Positions 37,691 through 47,303 of a stretch of DNA of 64,000 bases are shown here, one piece after another (positions within the stretch are counted from its first letter, which is position 1; the number at the start of each line of letters is the position of its first letter). Below the pieces are notes generated by a model. That model ran no database searches. It was given only the letters and a program-made list of their open reading frames with translations, and was not told the DNA's origin. The position numbers were made by a program, and so were the translations under genes. The stretch is from Candidatus Uhrbacteria bacterium (GTDB taxonomy: Bacteria; Patescibacteriota; Patescibacteriia; UBA9934; GWF2-40-263): positions 12,439 to 76,438 of the forward strand of contig JBAXQK010000003.1 of the NCBI GenBank assembly GCA_037131775.1, written 5' to 3'.

Positions 37691-39436
37691 TCAGAGCCTC
37701 CAGTAGGCGAATGAGAACGGGTTCGTAATCTTCTGAGGCAGCGTCGGCACCAGCACGGCGCCGTCCGAGTTCGTCCAGGTAAACGCGGGAACGGCGCTCA
37801 TGACGACGCGCTTGGAATACAGGTCGTTCGCGTTCTCCGCGATCGAATACATGAGCGTGTCCTTGCTGAGCGGGTTCATCTGCGCCTCCAGGAACGACTG
37901 CGGGGTTGTCGGCGCCGGAGCCAGGGCGACGTCCGCCTGGAGGGTGAAGACTCCTGCGACCCCCGTGTACCAGTCGACGTTCGTCGTCGCGTTGTCGCCG
38001 TAGATGACGATCGAACGCGTGGTCGCCCCGTTGATCAGCCAGCCCGTCGAGACGATCTTGCCGCCCGCGACCGGCGTATTGCAGCTCGTGTCGACGTTCG
38101 CGGTATCCGTCCATGCCGCCCCGCTCCAATATCCGGCCTGCATGTCGCTTCCCGCGTTCCCGACCGAGGCGAAAACCATTTCGTCCGTGTTCGGATTCGC
38201 GGAGAGGTCGAGGTTCGTGGCGTCGTCGGCAAAGGTCGGGGGCGTCGTCACCGCTCCCCACGCGCACGCCGACGTCCCGCCGGTGCAAACGCGATACCGC
38301 ACGCCGTTCGATCCGTTCGAGCCGGCCGAGTTCGCCCAGACCATCATCACGTCGCCGGAAACGGACTCGTACTCAACGTCGAAGTCCTCCACGTCCTGCG
38401 CCGCCGCCACGATTTCAAGCGATGCCTCCGACACGGCCGCGGGCTCGTTCCCCCACGCGGTCCCGCTCCAGACCATTGCCGACAAATCGGATGCCGCGTC
38501 GGCCCAGATGGCCGTGATCAGGTTCTGCGCGGAACGCCGGTCCCAGGCGAGCTTTACCCATTGGACGACTCCGGACGTCCGTACGGGATCGAGGTTGGCC
38601 GCGGCGGCCCAATTTGCCGTCCCGCATCCCGACGTCCCGAGCTTCGTGCGGTACGCCATCTCGTTCGTCGTCGCCGCGTTCGTGGAATACAGCACCATCA
38701 CGTCCCCCGAGCTTGTCTCGTACGCGATATCAAATCGTCGCGTCGTCCCCGTTCCGCCCACCGTGACGCTCCACTCCTGCGTCCATGTCGCGCCGTCGTA
38801 GCACATCACGTTCAGCACTCCCGCCGCGGTCACGTACCCGGTGATTGCCTCGGTCTTCTGCGGCGAGGTCCGCGTGACGAACGTCACGCCGCTCGACCCG
38901 ACGACCGTCGCCGTCTGCGTTCCGAAGGAGTTGGCCGTCGTGTCGTATTTGCGGTACTTCGGCGTGGTCGTTCCGTCGCCGTAGGACATGAGACCGCCGA
39001 GCGTCGTCGTTACCGCGTTCCAGTCCGCAAAATACGTGACGAGCGACACCGAGCGCGTCTGCCCGGTCGGCTCCTTCCAGGAGACCGTGCTCGTGTCCGA
39101 CTTCTTCGTCGCGTCCACGACGGCGATCGTCTGCGTCCGCGTATAGATTCCCGTGGTGTCCGACGCGCCCGATAGGTTCCATTGGTTTCCCGTCGTGGTC
39201 AGCCCGTACGTTCCCGCCGACAGGTTGGAATAGGCCGCGTCGCGGATATTCTGCGTCGCCTCCAATCCTTCCTCGGCCAGGAACACGGCCTGGCTCTTTC
39301 GTCCGGCCTCCTTCGACATCCGCACCCCGAACAGCAGACCGCCCGCGCAGGACGCCACGAACAGCCCCGCGAGCGCGGTGGCGAGAATGATCTCCACGAC
39401 GGAGAAGCCGGCTCGGTTTGGACACGAGTCTCTCAT
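37691..39436 (-). CDS. PilV-like minor pilin fused to a large C-terminal beta-rich (adhesin-like) domain
   Basis: AG/FSVVEI; LAEEGLEA; then about 430 aa with repeats such as WSGTAW, FDIAYE, YWSGAAW. Confidence 0.8.
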   Translation of the reverse strand: MRDSCPNRAGFSVVEIILATALAGLFVASCAGGLLFGVRMSKEAGRKSQAVFLAEEGLEATQNIRDAAYSNLSAGTYGLTTTGNQWNLSGASDTTGIYTRTQTIAVVDATKKSDTSTVSWKEPTGQTRSVSLVTYFADWNAVTTTLGGLMSYGDGTTTPKYRKYDTTANSFGTQTATVVGSSGVTFVTRTSPQKTEAITGYVTAAGVLNVMCYDGATWTQEWSVTVGGTGTTRRFDIAYETSSGDVMVLYSTNAATTNEMAYRTKLGTSGCGTANWAAAANLDPVRTSGVVQWVKLAWDRRSAQNLITAIWADAASDLSAMVWSGTAWGNEPAAVSEASLEIVAAAQDVEDFDVEYESVSGDVMMVWANSAGSNGSNGVRYRVCTGGTSACAWGAVTTPPTFADDATNLDLSANPNTDEMVFASVGNAGSDMQAGYWSGAAWTDTANVDTSCNTPVAGGKIVSTGWLINGATTRSIVIYGDNATTNVDWYTGVAGVFTLQADVALAPAPTTPQSFLEAQMNPLSKDTLMYSIAENANDLYSKRVVMSAVPAFTWTNSDGAVLVPTLPQKITNPFSFAYWRL

Positions 39437-39437
39437 A

Positions 39438-39893
39438 TTAAAAATCCACCCTTCCGAACCCGTTGACCGCGACCGCCTTCGACGTGCCGCGCGAATCCGT
39501 GATCGTCAGGGTTCCCGAGGTCGTTCTCCCGGTGCGCTTCGCAAAGTCGAACTCGCTCGTTCCAGAGACGACGAAGCTTGCCGGGATCGACACGGCCTGG
39601 TCGTACGTCGCCGTCCGCGTCGCGTACGTCGCCCCCTGGAACAGGATGACCTGTCCCGTCGACACCTTCACGCCCCACGCCGCGTCGTATAGGCCCGCCT
39701 GGGAACGCATCTGCGCGTACCGCGCCGTCGAGGCGAACTCACGGACGGCCGCGTCGAGATTGCCGCGCTGGAGGTATGTCTGCCCGAGCGGGAAGGTCGC
39801 GCCAACGAAGATGCCGGCGAGCGCAATAACGAAGATCATCTCCAGCAGCGTGAAGCCTTTTGGTCTGCGAATAACGTATGAGCTGCCAATCAC
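39438..39893 (-). CDS. FimT/GspH-like minor pilin
   Basis: KG/FTLLEM; FAKRTGR...VNGFGRV. Confidence 0.85.
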   Translation of the reverse strand: MIGSSYVIRRPKGFTLLEMIFVIALAGIFVGATFPLGQTYLQRGNLDAAVREFASTARYAQMRSQAGLYDAAWGVKVSTGQVILFQGATYATRTATYDQAVSIPASFVVSGTSEFDFAKRTGRTTSGTLTITDSRGTSKAVAVNGFGRVDF

Positions 39894-39920
39894 ACAAATT
39901 GCTTCGTATCGCTACGAATG

Positions 39921-41000
39921 TTACTCGATGCCTCCAACGAGGGTGTAGATGGGAAGGACGACGGCGAGGGCAAGGAACAGGACGCCGACGCCCATGACGA
40001 GGAGGAGAAGCGGCTCGAGAATGACGGTGAGGTTCTTCGAGGCCACGTCGGCCTTGAACTCGTACAGCTCGCCGATGCTGAGAAAGGCCTGCGGCACGGT
40101 ACCGGACTGCGCCGCGGTAACGATGAGCTGCTGCATCGGGATGGAAAGGACCGAACTGGTCCGCTTGTAGGAGCGGAACGCCTGCTCAAACGTGCTTCCC
40201 TCCTCCAGCCGGTCGGCGAGGTATTCGAAGAACTTCGAAAACGACGCGAACGTTGACGCGCGCGCGACGGAACGGACGGACTCGATCAGGTCGACGCCGG
40301 CGCCGAGAAGGGTGCCCAGCAGGTACCCGACGCGGCCGGTTTCCGAATCAATCAGCAGGCGCCCGATCGCCGGGGTGCGAAGCAGGAAGAAATGACCGAT
40401 GAACCGCAGCGGCGGTATGACGAAGCCGACCAGAAGGACGACGGCTGCCGTCCCCAGGATGGACGGGACCAGAACGGTCCAGTGGTCGCGCGTAAACGAA
40501 CCGACGGAGATGAGCGCGCTCGTCACGAACGGCAACGGCATGTTCAGCGACGAGAAGGTGGTGGCAAGCTGCGGAAGGAGAAAAAACAGCACCCAGGATC
40601 CGACGGCCGCCCCGAGGATGATCACGAACGAGGGATAGGCCATGGCCCCGATGATCTTGGATCGGAACATGCGGTCCTTCTGCCGCTGGAGAGCGAGGAT
40701 GTGCAGGTTCTGGATGAGCCGGCCGGTCTCCTCGCCGATGCGGACGAGCGAGACGGTCTGGCTCGTGAACAGGCACGTGTTGTCCAGGGCGCGCCACACC
40801 GGGTCCCCGTTCTCCACGTCCTCGACCATCCGTCGCACGAGCTTCCGGAGTCGCCGACTCTTCGTCTCCGCGGAGATGGCATTCAGCGCGGCCAGGATGT
40901 CCATGCCGGAACTCAACAAAACCGAAAGATTGTCCACGAGATATTCCTTCTCGCTTCCAAGGCCGAACGTGTGAAAAAAGGATGCCTTCTTTTTCGGCAT
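39921..41000 (-). CDS. pilC: Type IV pilus / T2SS platform protein PilC/GspF
   Basis: LSSGMDIL, VENGD, GEETGRL, AMAYP, LEPLLLLVMG. Confidence 0.9.
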   Translation of the reverse strand: MPKKKASFFHTFGLGSEKEYLVDNLSVLLSSGMDILAALNAISAETKSRRLRKLVRRMVEDVENGDPVWRALDNTCLFTSQTVSLVRIGEETGRLIQNLHILALQRQKDRMFRSKIIGAMAYPSFVIILGAAVGSWVLFFLLPQLATTFSSLNMPLPFVTSALISVGSFTRDHWTVLVPSILGTAAVVLLVGFVIPPLRFIGHFFLLRTPAIGRLLIDSETGRVGYLLGTLLGAGVDLIESVRSVARASTFASFSKFFEYLADRLEEGSTFEQAFRSYKRTSSVLSIPMQQLIVTAAQSGTVPQAFLSIGELYEFKADVASKNLTVILEPLLLLVMGVGVLFLALAVVLPIYTLVGGIE

Positions 41001-41004
41001 AGGA

Positions 41005-42696
41005 TTAGGACGCTTCGGGCGGCGCGACGACGCGAAGCAGCTCGTCGATGGTGATCACGCCATTGATCACCTTGTCGACGCCGTCAAGGAACATCGGCCT
41101 GGTTCCGGACGCGACCGCGGAGGCCATCACGTCCTTGGCGCTCGGCCGGCGCATCACGAGGTCGCGCAGTTCCGGCGTGGCCTGAATGAACTCGAACACG
41201 CCGATGCGCCCCTTGTATCCGGAATTCGCGCAGGCGGAACATCCCTTGCCCTGGTAAAGCGTCACCGTGGCCCCCGGAAAGTACTTCGCCGCGTCGGGAT
41301 ACTTCTCCGCGAGCTGCGCCTGGCTCATTTCCGTGCCATAGCGGCAGGTCTCGCACGTCTTGCGGGCTAGGCGCTGGGCCACGATCAGCTCGACGGTAGA
41401 TGACAGCAGGAACGGCTCCACGCCCATGTCCACCAGGCGCGGAATGGCCGAGGCGGCGTCGTTGGCATGGAAGGTCGTGAGCAGCATGTGGCCGGTCAGC
41501 GCGGCGTTGACCGCGATCTCGGCGGTCTCCTGGTCGCGTACCTCTCCCACGAGGATGATGTCCGGGTCCTGGCGCACGATGGACCGAAGGCCCTTGGAAA
41601 AGGTCAGGTTGGTCTGGAGGTTCACCTGGATGTGGTTCACGCCCATGATCTTGTACTCGACCGGGTCCTCGATGGTGGAAATGTTCACGTCGGGGCGGTT
41701 CAAGAACTTCACGGCCGCGTACAGCGTCGTGGTCTTTCCCGATCCGGTCGGCCCGATCACGAGGATCATCCCGAACGGCTTCTCCGCCGAGGCGGTGAGC
41801 TGTCGCTGCAGCGCCGGCGAAAGACCGAGGTCCGTGAGCTGATATCCGCGCATGTACTCCGACAGGAGGCGCATGACGATCTTCTCGCCGTCCACGAGCG
41901 GAACGACGGAGACGCGAACGTCCACGACCTGGTTGGCGAGATGGTAACGGATGGCCCCGTCCTGCGCCGAATAGTGCTCGTCGGTTCGGAGATGCGCCTG
42001 CACCTTGACGCGGTTCAGAACGTTTTCGTACAGCTCCTTGCTCAGGCGGCCGGCCTCCTCGAGCAGGCCGTCCACGCGGAACCGGATCAGCACGTCCTTC
42101 TCGCGCGGCTCGAAATGGATGTCGGACGCGCGAAACGTGACCGCGTCGAGCATGATCTCGTCCACCACTTCCGGGGCCACCTTTCCCTTCTCCGCCACGA
42201 TCTTCGCGAAGCGCGTATCCAATGCCTTGCGGTAGTGCGCGAACGCCGCCTCCAGGTCTTCCGGAAGCGTATATGCCAGATTGACGGTCTTTCCTGGGAA
42301 ATGCGAGCGAAAATCGTCCGTCATCTCAATCTGCGGGCGGTCGGTCGCGATGATCACCTCCGTCGGCGCGTCGCGAAAAATCACGCGCCGGTCGCGACGC
42401 GCGAACTCCTCCGGGATGCGCAGCACCTCCTCCTTGGTGGGAGGGTGCGAATTGAGGTCGGCGTACGGAACGCCGTAGTGCTCGGCGATCGCCTGGCCGA
42501 ACAGGTCCTTGGTGATGATGCCCGACGAGAAGAGCGCGTCGAGCGAATCGGCGCTCGTCGCCTTTGCCTCCGCTTCCACCTTCGCGAGCGCGTCGGCGGT
42601 CAGGTAGCTCTCCTCGACGAGAATTTCCTGCCACGTCTTTTGAGGCGCCGGCGCCGCGGCGGGGACGACCTCATTTTTTTTCCTCCTCAGTAACAT
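41005..42696 (-). CDS. pilB: Type IV pilus assembly ATPase PilB/GspE
   Basis: ASDIHFEP, GPTGSGKTTT, TIEDPVE, RQDPDIILVGEVRD, LTGH, tetracysteine, GYKGRIG. Confidence 0.95.
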   Translation of the reverse strand: MLLRRKKNEVVPAAAPAPQKTWQEILVEESYLTADALAKVEAEAKATSADSLDALFSSGIITKDLFGQAIAEHYGVPYADLNSHPPTKEEVLRIPEEFARRDRRVIFRDAPTEVIIATDRPQIEMTDDFRSHFPGKTVNLAYTLPEDLEAAFAHYRKALDTRFAKIVAEKGKVAPEVVDEIMLDAVTFRASDIHFEPREKDVLIRFRVDGLLEEAGRLSKELYENVLNRVKVQAHLRTDEHYSAQDGAIRYHLANQVVDVRVSVVPLVDGEKIVMRLLSEYMRGYQLTDLGLSPALQRQLTASAEKPFGMILVIGPTGSGKTTTLYAAVKFLNRPDVNISTIEDPVEYKIMGVNHIQVNLQTNLTFSKGLRSIVRQDPDIILVGEVRDQETAEIAVNAALTGHMLLTTFHANDAASAIPRLVDMGVEPFLLSSTVELIVAQRLARKTCETCRYGTEMSQAQLAEKYPDAAKYFPGATVTLYQGKGCSACANSGYKGRIGVFEFIQATPELRDLVMRRPSAKDVMASAVASGTRPMFLDGVDKVINGVITIDELLRVVAPPEAS

Positions 42697-42704
42697 ATGC
42701 ATTC

Positions 42705-42769
42705 AGTATAGCACACCGCGCCTTATCCACACGAGCTTCGTTCTGCGATTTGACGTTCCGTGCTATACT
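42705..42769. promoter_or_regulatory. Divergent extended -10 promoters with a perfect DnaA box
   Basis: TGCTATACT on both strands (42705-42713 minus; 42761-42769 plus); TTATCCACA at 42723-42731. Confidence 0.6.
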
Positions 42770-42797
42770 GGAACCAATAATTTATAAATCGTAACGT

Positions 42798-43286
42798 ATG
42801 CAAAAGAAAAATACGCAGGGCTTCACGCTCATCGAGCTTCTCATCGTCATCGCGATCATCGCGATCCTCGCCGCCGTCGTCTTCGTCGCCCTCGACCCGA
42901 GCAGCCGCTTCAAGAAGGCACGCGACGCCCGCCGCCAGACCGACGTGCAAAGCATCGCCGGCGCCATCGTCACCTACCAGGTGGATAACGACGGAAGCCT
43001 TCCGTCCGCCGTCAGCGCCCTGACCGCCGGAAGCGCGTACATCGTGGGAACGGCCACCTCCGGCTGCAACACCGGCTGTACGGCCACCACGACACAGGCG
43101 TCCTGCGTGGACCTTACCGCGCTCCAGACCGGCGGCTACCTGGGCAGCGTTCCGGTCGATCCGACGGGCGGAGTAACGGCCACCGCCGCGCACACCATGT
43201 ACTACATCATCAAGAATTCCACCGGAACCCTGACCGCCGGAGCCTGCATCCCGGAACTCGCCTCCTCGGTCAACGTTACGCGCTAA
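42798..43286 (+). CDS. Major type IV pilin
   Basis: QG/FTLIELLIVIAIIAILAA; KARDARR; PVDP; own terminator. Confidence 0.92.
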   Translation: MQKKNTQGFTLIELLIVIAIIAILAAVVFVALDPSSRFKKARDARRQTDVQSIAGAIVTYQVDNDGSLPSAVSALTAGSAYIVGTATSGCNTGCTATTTQASCVDLTALQTGGYLGSVPVDPTGGVTATAAHTMYYIIKNSTGTLTAGACIPELASSVNVTR

Positions 43287-43297
43287 GCAGGAAAACA

Positions 43298-43334
43298 AAA
43301 ACTCCCGGCCTCGATCATCGAGGCCGGGAGTTTT
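43298..43334. terminator. Bidirectional terminator
   Basis: AAAACTCCCGGCCTCGAT-C-ATCGAGGCCGGGAGTTTT. Confidence 0.85.
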
Positions 43335-43341
43335 ATGTTCC

Positions 43342-43725
43342 CTAGGGATTTTCCGCGAGGACTTCCTTGACCATGTTCGCCAGGTCGTCGATGGAAATCT
43401 CCGTCTTGATCAGGAACTTGGTCGCCCCGAGCTTTTCGCACTGCACGCGGTCCTCGTCCTGGCCGAGGTTGGTCATGACCACGATCGGCACGCCCGCGAG
43501 CGACTTTTCCTTCGCGGCCTTGCGGAGGAATTCCAGACCGTCCATTCCCGGCATGATGATGTCGAGCAGGATCAGGTCCGGCATCTGCTCGCGGATCCGA
43601 ACGAATGCCTCCTTCCCGTCCGAGGCCGACGCGACGTCGTACCCCTCCGAGAGCAGCTTGGCCTGGTAGATCGCCTGGATATCGACGTTGTCCTCGGTGA
43701 TAAGGATGTGCGCTTTTGTTGGCAT
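43342..43725 (-). CDS. Single-domain response regulator (receiver)
   Basis: ILITEDN, LLDIIMPGMDG, MTNL, FLIK; start trimmed to MPTK. Confidence 0.92.
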   Translation of the reverse strand: MPTKAHILITEDNVDIQAIYQAKLLSEGYDVASASDGKEAFVRIREQMPDLILLDIIMPGMDGLEFLRKAAKEKSLAGVPIVVMTNLGQDEDRVQCEKLGATKFLIKTEISIDDLANMVKEVLAENP

Positions 43726-43772
43726 AGGATGATGAGATATCGGATCCAGTATAGCACAGATTCGCAAAGACG

Positions 43773-44771
43773 TTAGTGGGATACGGCGGAGATGGTCACG
43801 GAACCCGTGCAGGTTCCGGAGACGCCTGAGTCCGGGATGGAAATATTCCAATAGATAGGCTCGGACGGAACGGTCGCGCCATGGCGGTATCCGACGCCCA
43901 GAGGAACGATGGACGGAACGGCGGTCAGCGAAACCGATCCGGAACCTCCGTAATGGTTCGGCACGACGGACCACTGCTGGCGTCTGCTCGGGACGGCGCC
44001 GATCCCGCCGTTATGGACGCAATCCATGGTTCCTCCATACCCGGGCGCCCCGGGCGCCGTCGAGTACGAAACTTCCGCGTCCGATTCGTCGTTCCCCTCC
44101 TGGGAGATGACATGGGCGAACTCATTCGTTTCGTCGGTGGATTCTCCGACCGAAAGGATTCCATAGTTGACGGAGTTGGGAACATGAAGCGCCAAGAGCG
44201 TCTGGATCTCGCGAGTAAGCGACGCGTTTGTCGCCTGCGCGCCCGCGCGGTCGAAGACGGTGACGCTTGCGACCCAGTGATCGTCTGGAAACTCACCGCC
44301 GGCAACCGTACTGTCCGCGAAGTACCAAAGGTCCAGCGGACAGCTGTACCGACGCTGCAGACTCGTTACACCGTCCGATGACAGCTCGCAATCAAAGACC
44401 TTGTAACAGTCATTCCCGTCATTTTCGACGCAACCGCCCGCGCCGGCGACGCCGGACCGGTAAAATACCGAGTCCACATGATCGATCTGGTCGCCCGAGT
44501 TGTTATCCTGAACGACGCCGTTCAGGTAAACGGTCTTCGTGCCGCCAGGCACGAGACTATTGATCCCACCGGAATATTCTTCCGATCCAAACGCGGAATT
44601 GCTGAGGCGGACGGAGGAAACGAACGGGGGCGCGTTTGCAAGAAGGATCGACGTGCCGACTGTTTGAGCCTCGGAATCCGTTTGGACGAGCAGCAATGCC
44701 GCCAGACCGCAAAGAACGAGAATGGCAGAGCCGAAAGCGACGGTGCGAAACGGAAAGATGTTCGGGCTCAT
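43773..44771 (-). CDS. Secreted Cys-rich fibre-subunit-like protein (P2)
   Basis: Signal peptide; VGTSILLANAPP, VYLNGVVQD, YSCPL, VNYG, GTCTGSVTISA. Confidence 0.75.
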   Translation of the reverse strand: MSPNIFPFRTVAFGSAILVLCGLAALLLVQTDSEAQTVGTSILLANAPPFVSSVRLSNSAFGSEEYSGGINSLVPGGTKTVYLNGVVQDNNSGDQIDHVDSVFYRSGVAGAGGCVENDGNDCYKVFDCELSSDGVTSLQRRYSCPLDLWYFADSTVAGGEFPDDHWVASVTVFDRAGAQATNASLTREIQTLLALHVPNSVNYGILSVGESTDETNEFAHVISQEGNDESDAEVSYSTAPGAPGYGGTMDCVHNGGIGAVPSRRQQWSVVPNHYGGSGSVSLTAVPSIVPLGVGYRHGATVPSEPIYWNISIPDSGVSGTCTGSVTISAVSH

Positions 44772-44789
44772 ACGGGAAGGCGATTCAAT

Positions 44790-45836
44790 CTAACGGCTTG
44801 TCTTTGCAATGATCGTAACTGTCCCGGAACACGCGCCCGCCACGCCAGAAGTCGGAACCCGCACTTCGTTCCGCAGCACGACCGCCTTTGGCGACGACGG
44901 ATCGGTCTGCAGCGGAACATTCAGTTCCGCGACATGGGTGACGGACGATCCTTCGTCGACGTAGGCCTCCATCCCGATTCCGTCAAACCCTGCGTCCGTC
45001 GATTCCCCGTCGACGCCAACGCCGAACTGAAGGTTCGACACGGGAACGATCCCCGTGTCGCAGGACATGTCCGTCGCATAGACGTACGCATCCTGCGTAT
45101 CGTTCGCGGCCTGTCCGACAAGGATGTCCTCCGTGCCCACGGAAGTGTCGCCCTCGTATCCAAGCGACCTGGAACCGTAGTCGATGGATGACGGCATGCT
45201 CAGGCCGAGGAAGGCGTTGATCTCCTTGTCCAGATGCGCGACCGCGGATCCGGCGCCGTCCGCGTCCAGCGCGAGAACCTCCCATTTCCAAACGTACCCG
45301 TTCACCGTCGCGCTCGGTCCGCCGGCCGTATAGCTCGCAAATGCTCGCAGGTCGATCTGACACTCATACACGACGGTAAGGCCGGAAGGATCCGACGCAT
45401 CCCGCTCGAACACGCACTCCGGAACCATTCCGTCGGATGACGCCCAATAACAGACATGTTCCGTACCCGTGCACCGCGAGACGACCGGACGCGCATACGA
45501 GATGGGATCTCGGTCGCTTCTTCGCGCCTGCGCGTAAATTTTTTGAACGTCCTCCCATCCGTTCGCGTCGGAAATTCTTCCGTTCAGATAGACCGTAAGG
45601 CCAACGCCCGGAACGATGGTGTCAATGTTCCCGGCAAAGTCGTCGGAAAGCGAAAATCCCGAATCGAGGCTGATGTGCTCCTCCGTCACGACCGGCGCCG
45701 CGTTGACGAGCCACATCAGCATGTCGACGGTTTCGGCCTCTGAGGAAACCACCCGGACGACGGATGTGAGGACGCAAACAAGCGCCACCCACAGGACGAT
45801 CCCAAAAAAAACGCGTGACTGCTCTTCGTTCGGCAT
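44790..45836 (-). CDS. Secreted Cys-rich fibre-subunit-like protein (P3)
   Basis: Signal peptide; VDMLMWLVNAAP, VYLNGRISD, YECQI, IDYG, GACSGTVTIIA. Confidence 0.75.
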   Translation of the reverse strand: MPNEEQSRVFFGIVLWVALVCVLTSVVRVVSSEAETVDMLMWLVNAAPVVTEEHISLDSGFSLSDDFAGNIDTIVPGVGLTVYLNGRISDANGWEDVQKIYAQARRSDRDPISYARPVVSRCTGTEHVCYWASSDGMVPECVFERDASDPSGLTVVYECQIDLRAFASYTAGGPSATVNGYVWKWEVLALDADGAGSAVAHLDKEINAFLGLSMPSSIDYGSRSLGYEGDTSVGTEDILVGQAANDTQDAYVYATDMSCDTGIVPVSNLQFGVGVDGESTDAGFDGIGMEAYVDEGSSVTHVAELNVPLQTDPSSPKAVVLRNEVRVPTSGVAGACSGTVTIIAKTSR

Positions 45837-45877
45837 GCCTGTGATAGATCAGGGTTCCGTTTCGGATAGTATAGCAC

Positions 45878-45911
45878 AAAAAGCCGCCGAGCTTGCGCGC
45901 GGCGGCTTTTT
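45878..45911. terminator. Intrinsic terminator
   Basis: AAAAAGCCGCCG...CGGCGGCTTTTT. Confidence 0.75.
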
Positions 45912-45925
45912 GTCAGGCCCTTTGC

Positions 45926-46165
45926 CTACTTCACGTTGACCTTCATGTCGACGTTGTCCTGGACGATCTCCAGCTTCGTGCCGACCCCGGAGTTTGGCGG
46001 CAGCGGAGTGGCAGCGTCAACGGTCTTTGAGGTTCCGGAGGATGCGGACGCGGAGATGGCGGGAGCGGGCGAAACGGACGACTTCTTTGTCGAAAGTCCG
46101 ACGAAGGTCATCGCGCTCGCAAGCGTGATCGCAACCGCCAGTCCAGCCAGTAGTTTCATGTTCAT
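45926..46165 (-). CDS. Small exported protein
   Basis: Signal/TM, Ser/Ala linker, C-terminal beta-strand-like VDMKVNVK. Confidence 0.7.
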   Translation of the reverse strand: MNMKLLAGLAVAITLASAMTFVGLSTKKSSVSPAPAISASASSGTSKTVDAATPLPPNSGVGTKLEIVQDNVDMKVNVK

Positions 46166-46189
46166 AGGAACAGGCTTAGACGGCTTTGA

Positions 46190-47215
46190 TTAGCGATTGG
46201 TCTTCGCGGTGACAGTAACCGTTCCGGCACACGAACCCTTGACTCCCGACGACGGGACGGTGATCTCGTTGCGCCACATGACCTGCTTGGAGGATCCATT
46301 TGTCTGCGGGTCCAGGTTGAGCTCGATAACGTCCGTCGAGGCGGTGTTGATGTAGTTCACCATGCCCGTGCCGCCGTATCCGACGTCAGATCCTTCGCCG
46401 GCAACGCCGACGCCGTACTGAATGTTGGCGACCGGGATGGAACCAAGACCCGAGCAGGTCATGTCCGTCGCGCTGATGTAGGCGTCCTGGGTGTCGTTCG
46501 ATTTGTTCGCGATCGGCTGGTCCTCACCGCCGACGCTCGTGTCGCCGACGGATCCAAGCGACTTGTTTCCGAAGTTGATGTTGCCCGGGATTGCGAGCCC
46601 GAGATACGCGTTGAGCTCCTTGTCGACGTTCGAGATGCTCGAACCGTCATTTGCGGCGTCAATCGCGAGAACCTGCCACTTGTAGGTCTGGGCGTTGATC
46701 GCGGAGTTCGCGCCTCCGTTCGTGTACTCAAACCAGTACGGGAGATTGAACGCACAGCTGTAGTTGACCGTGTTCCCGGATCCGCCGTAGAGGGAACAGA
46801 GGGGGGATCCGCCATCGGACATGGCGATCAAACAGTCGAACTGGTTCGGGGTGCAGTTGGTGAACGCAGGCTTCGAGTAGGAAAGCAAGGTGCCGTCCGT
46901 GCTGAGCGCCACGGAGGCGACCACCTTGGTGACGTCCGCGTATCCGTTGAAGTCCGTGATCACGCCGTTGACGTAGACGGTCGCTCCCATGCCGGCAACC
47001 ATCGTGTTGATGTTGCCGCCCCAGAAGTTCGAGTTCGTGTTCGCGGCGTTGCTGAGGAATTCCGACGTGACGGTAGGAGCGTCGTTGTTAACGCCAAGGG
47101 TCATGTTGGTCGGACCGGCCTGCGAGTTGATCATGACGAGGGAGGCAACCACGAACACGGCGATCATGACGAGCGAGATCCCGAGAATGTAGTGCAATGT
47201 CTTGGACTCTTGCAT
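46190..47215 (-). CDS. Secreted Cys-rich fibre-subunit-like protein (P4, candidate major subunit)
   Basis: Signal peptide; TNMTLGVNNDAP, VYVNGVITD, YSCAF, INFG, GSCAGTVTVTA; own promoter. Confidence 0.78.
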   Translation of the reverse strand: MQESKTLHYILGISLVMIAVFVVASLVMINSQAGPTNMTLGVNNDAPTVTSEFLSNAANTNSNFWGGNINTMVAGMGATVYVNGVITDFNGYADVTKVVASVALSTDGTLLSYSKPAFTNCTPNQFDCLIAMSDGGSPLCSLYGGSGNTVNYSCAFNLPYWFEYTNGGANSAINAQTYKWQVLAIDAANDGSSISNVDKELNAYLGLAIPGNINFGNKSLGSVGDTSVGGEDQPIANKSNDTQDAYISATDMTCSGLGSIPVANIQYGVGVAGEGSDVGYGGTGMVNYINTASTDVIELNLDPQTNGSSKQVMWRNEITVPSSGVKGSCAGTVTVTAKTNR

Positions 47216-47303
47216 ACGGATAGAAGAATTATTTAGAGAACGAACGCGTGCCTCAAATTTTCTGCACTGTTGTGGGGGGGTTAATGAATTATGATTCTGC
47301 AAT

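Noticed and set aside
37683-38288. N-terminal extension of the 370-aa ORF
   Set aside because: It overlaps the upstream pilin in another frame; the prepilin motif places the start at 37682. Similar over-extensions were trimmed for murG, pyrG, rpmG, the ArsR gene and the 43342 receiver.
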